This document shows positions 47,861 to 49,125 of a DNA stretch of 49,125 nt, one piece after another. The position numbers and the translations under genes are program-made. The first letter of the stretch is position 1. Every line of letters starts with the position of its first letter. The notes beneath the pieces are model-generated. The model saw nothing but the letters and a program-made list of their open reading frames with translations. It was not told where the DNA came from and made no database searches. Location of the stretch: NCBI GenBank assembly GCA_051942205.1, contig JAVECO010000066.1, positions 62,001-111,125 on the forward strand. Reading direction: 5' to 3'. The stretch is from Coniocarpon cinnabarinum (lineage: Eukaryota).

Positions 47861-49125
47861 ATGTATATCGAGCCATTGCAACCGAGAAACATGGACGAAG
47901 CAGAGGACGAGTTCGAATGGCCCCTCTACGACGCCCACTGCCACCCCACCGATACCATGTCCTCGATTGAACAAATACCAACCATGAACGTGAGCGCTCT
48001 CACCATCATGGCAACTCGAGCACAAGACCAAGACCTCGTTGCCAATGTCGCAAAGTCCCATGCCCTTTCTAATTCATCCGTATCCCCATCCAAAAATAAC
48101 GACAATACTTACGATGACAATAAAGACGACACCGCCAATGACGGCAACGACGATGCGAATTGGCGCAAAATCGTCCCTTCATTTGGATGGCATCCCTGGT
48201 TCTCCCACCACCTCTACGACGACACCGACAGGTCCAATTCCAACCCTCTAACCCCCTCAGAAACGAAAGCCCACTACCACGCCGTCCTGACGCCCTCCCC
48301 TTCCCTCGACTCCCCGGAAGACGAAAACTTCCTCTCAGCCCTCCCTCCTCCTAAACTACTCTCTCAATTCCTGACCGAAACCCGCGAGCGCCTCACCCAA
48401 TTCCCAAGCGCACTCATCGGCGAAATCGGCCTCGATCGCGCGTTTCGCCTGCCCGTTGCATGGAATCCCAATGACGTCGAGAACAGGGATGGCAAGTTGA
48501 CGCCGGGTGGCCGCGAGGGACGCAGGTTATCGTCCTTTAGGGTGGAGTTGGAGCATCAGAAGCGAGTCTTCCTCAGCCAGGTGAAGTTGGCGGCGGAGAT
48601 GGGACGAGCGGTCTCGGTGCACGGCGTGCAGTGTCACGGGGTGCTTTTTGAGACTCTCAGAGAGACGTGGAGGGGGTCTGAGATTGAGGTGAGTGGGTGT
48701 TGTATGATAATGTGTTACACAAGTCTTGTTTTCTCCATTGCTGCTCCTTATTCAACTTTCTGTTCGGTCGTGTTTCAAATGTGTAAGTCGGTGATGGGTA
48801 AGTGGAAGGTCGTGCAACCCCTATGTTGATCTAGGGTTGTCAAAGGGACCAATACAGGAGGTATGTGCCCGGTTTCCCTTGACGTGAAGTCGATGCTGAT
48901 ATTTTTAAAAAGTCCTGCCTCTCCGCATCAAGATTTCTGAAAGTATAATAATGATACGCGACTCATGCTAACATGTTGTACCACAGGTCCTGAGCAAATC
49001 CGAGCAAAAACGCCGCCGAAGCGTTCCCAACGCTCACACCGCTCCTTCCAACGTCCCAGCACAGTCTCAAATTCCAACCTCACCATTCCCCATGGAAGAC
49101 GCGACCTCCCCCCCTCCCAAGATAC
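47861..49125 (+). CDS. TatD-family metallohydrolase (Cut9-interacting Scn1-like); 3'-truncated by the window
   Basis: LYDAHCHPTD, IMATRAQDQ, VPSFGWHPWFSH, ALIGEIGLDRAFRLP, TPGGREGRRLS and RAVSVHGVQCHG. Intron 48689-48986 continues into VLSKSEQKRRRSVPNAH. Start at 47861 or 47891. Confidence 0.92.

Noticed and set aside
1..49125. Transposons, RIP-degraded AT-rich blocks, rRNA or tRNA genes
   Set aside because: No transposase, RT or integrase motifs, terminal repeats, strongly AT-rich tracts or recognisable structural RNA sequences were seen by eye.

Overview
Eukaryotic DNA from a filamentous ascomycete: short GT-AG introns with CTRAY-type branch sites and fungal gene families. Co-directional nitrate and nitrite reductase genes hint at a Dothideomycete, but that is inference. 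Recognisable genes, in order: 3' end of a SulP/STAS anion transporter, a conserved hypothetical gene, a pepsin-fold protein with non-canonical catalytic motifs, Hsp110 (hsp88/SSE1), an SDR pseudogene, niaD and niiA in tandem, a Myb/SANT-like protein, BOS1, a PTH11/rhodopsin-like membrane protein, a DAL5-type MFS permease, a TPT-family transporter, a second Myb-like protein, a macrodomain protein with a probable long acidic extension, tartrate dehydrogenase, and the 5' part of a TatD/Scn1-like gene. Three things stand out. (1) A tandem cluster of three highly diverged orphan genes (43.5-46.6 kb) shares a phase-1 GTACGT intron and a gap-free C-terminal motif, PPx[FW]GxGxYx8WxRx-stop. (2) The third gene has a single in-frame TAG in an otherwise intact structure (pseudogene, stop-codon editing or readthrough). 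(3) A diverged non-coding array of ~224-bp repeats lies between niiA and the first Myb-like gene. Intron coordinates were read by eye and may be off by a few bases.
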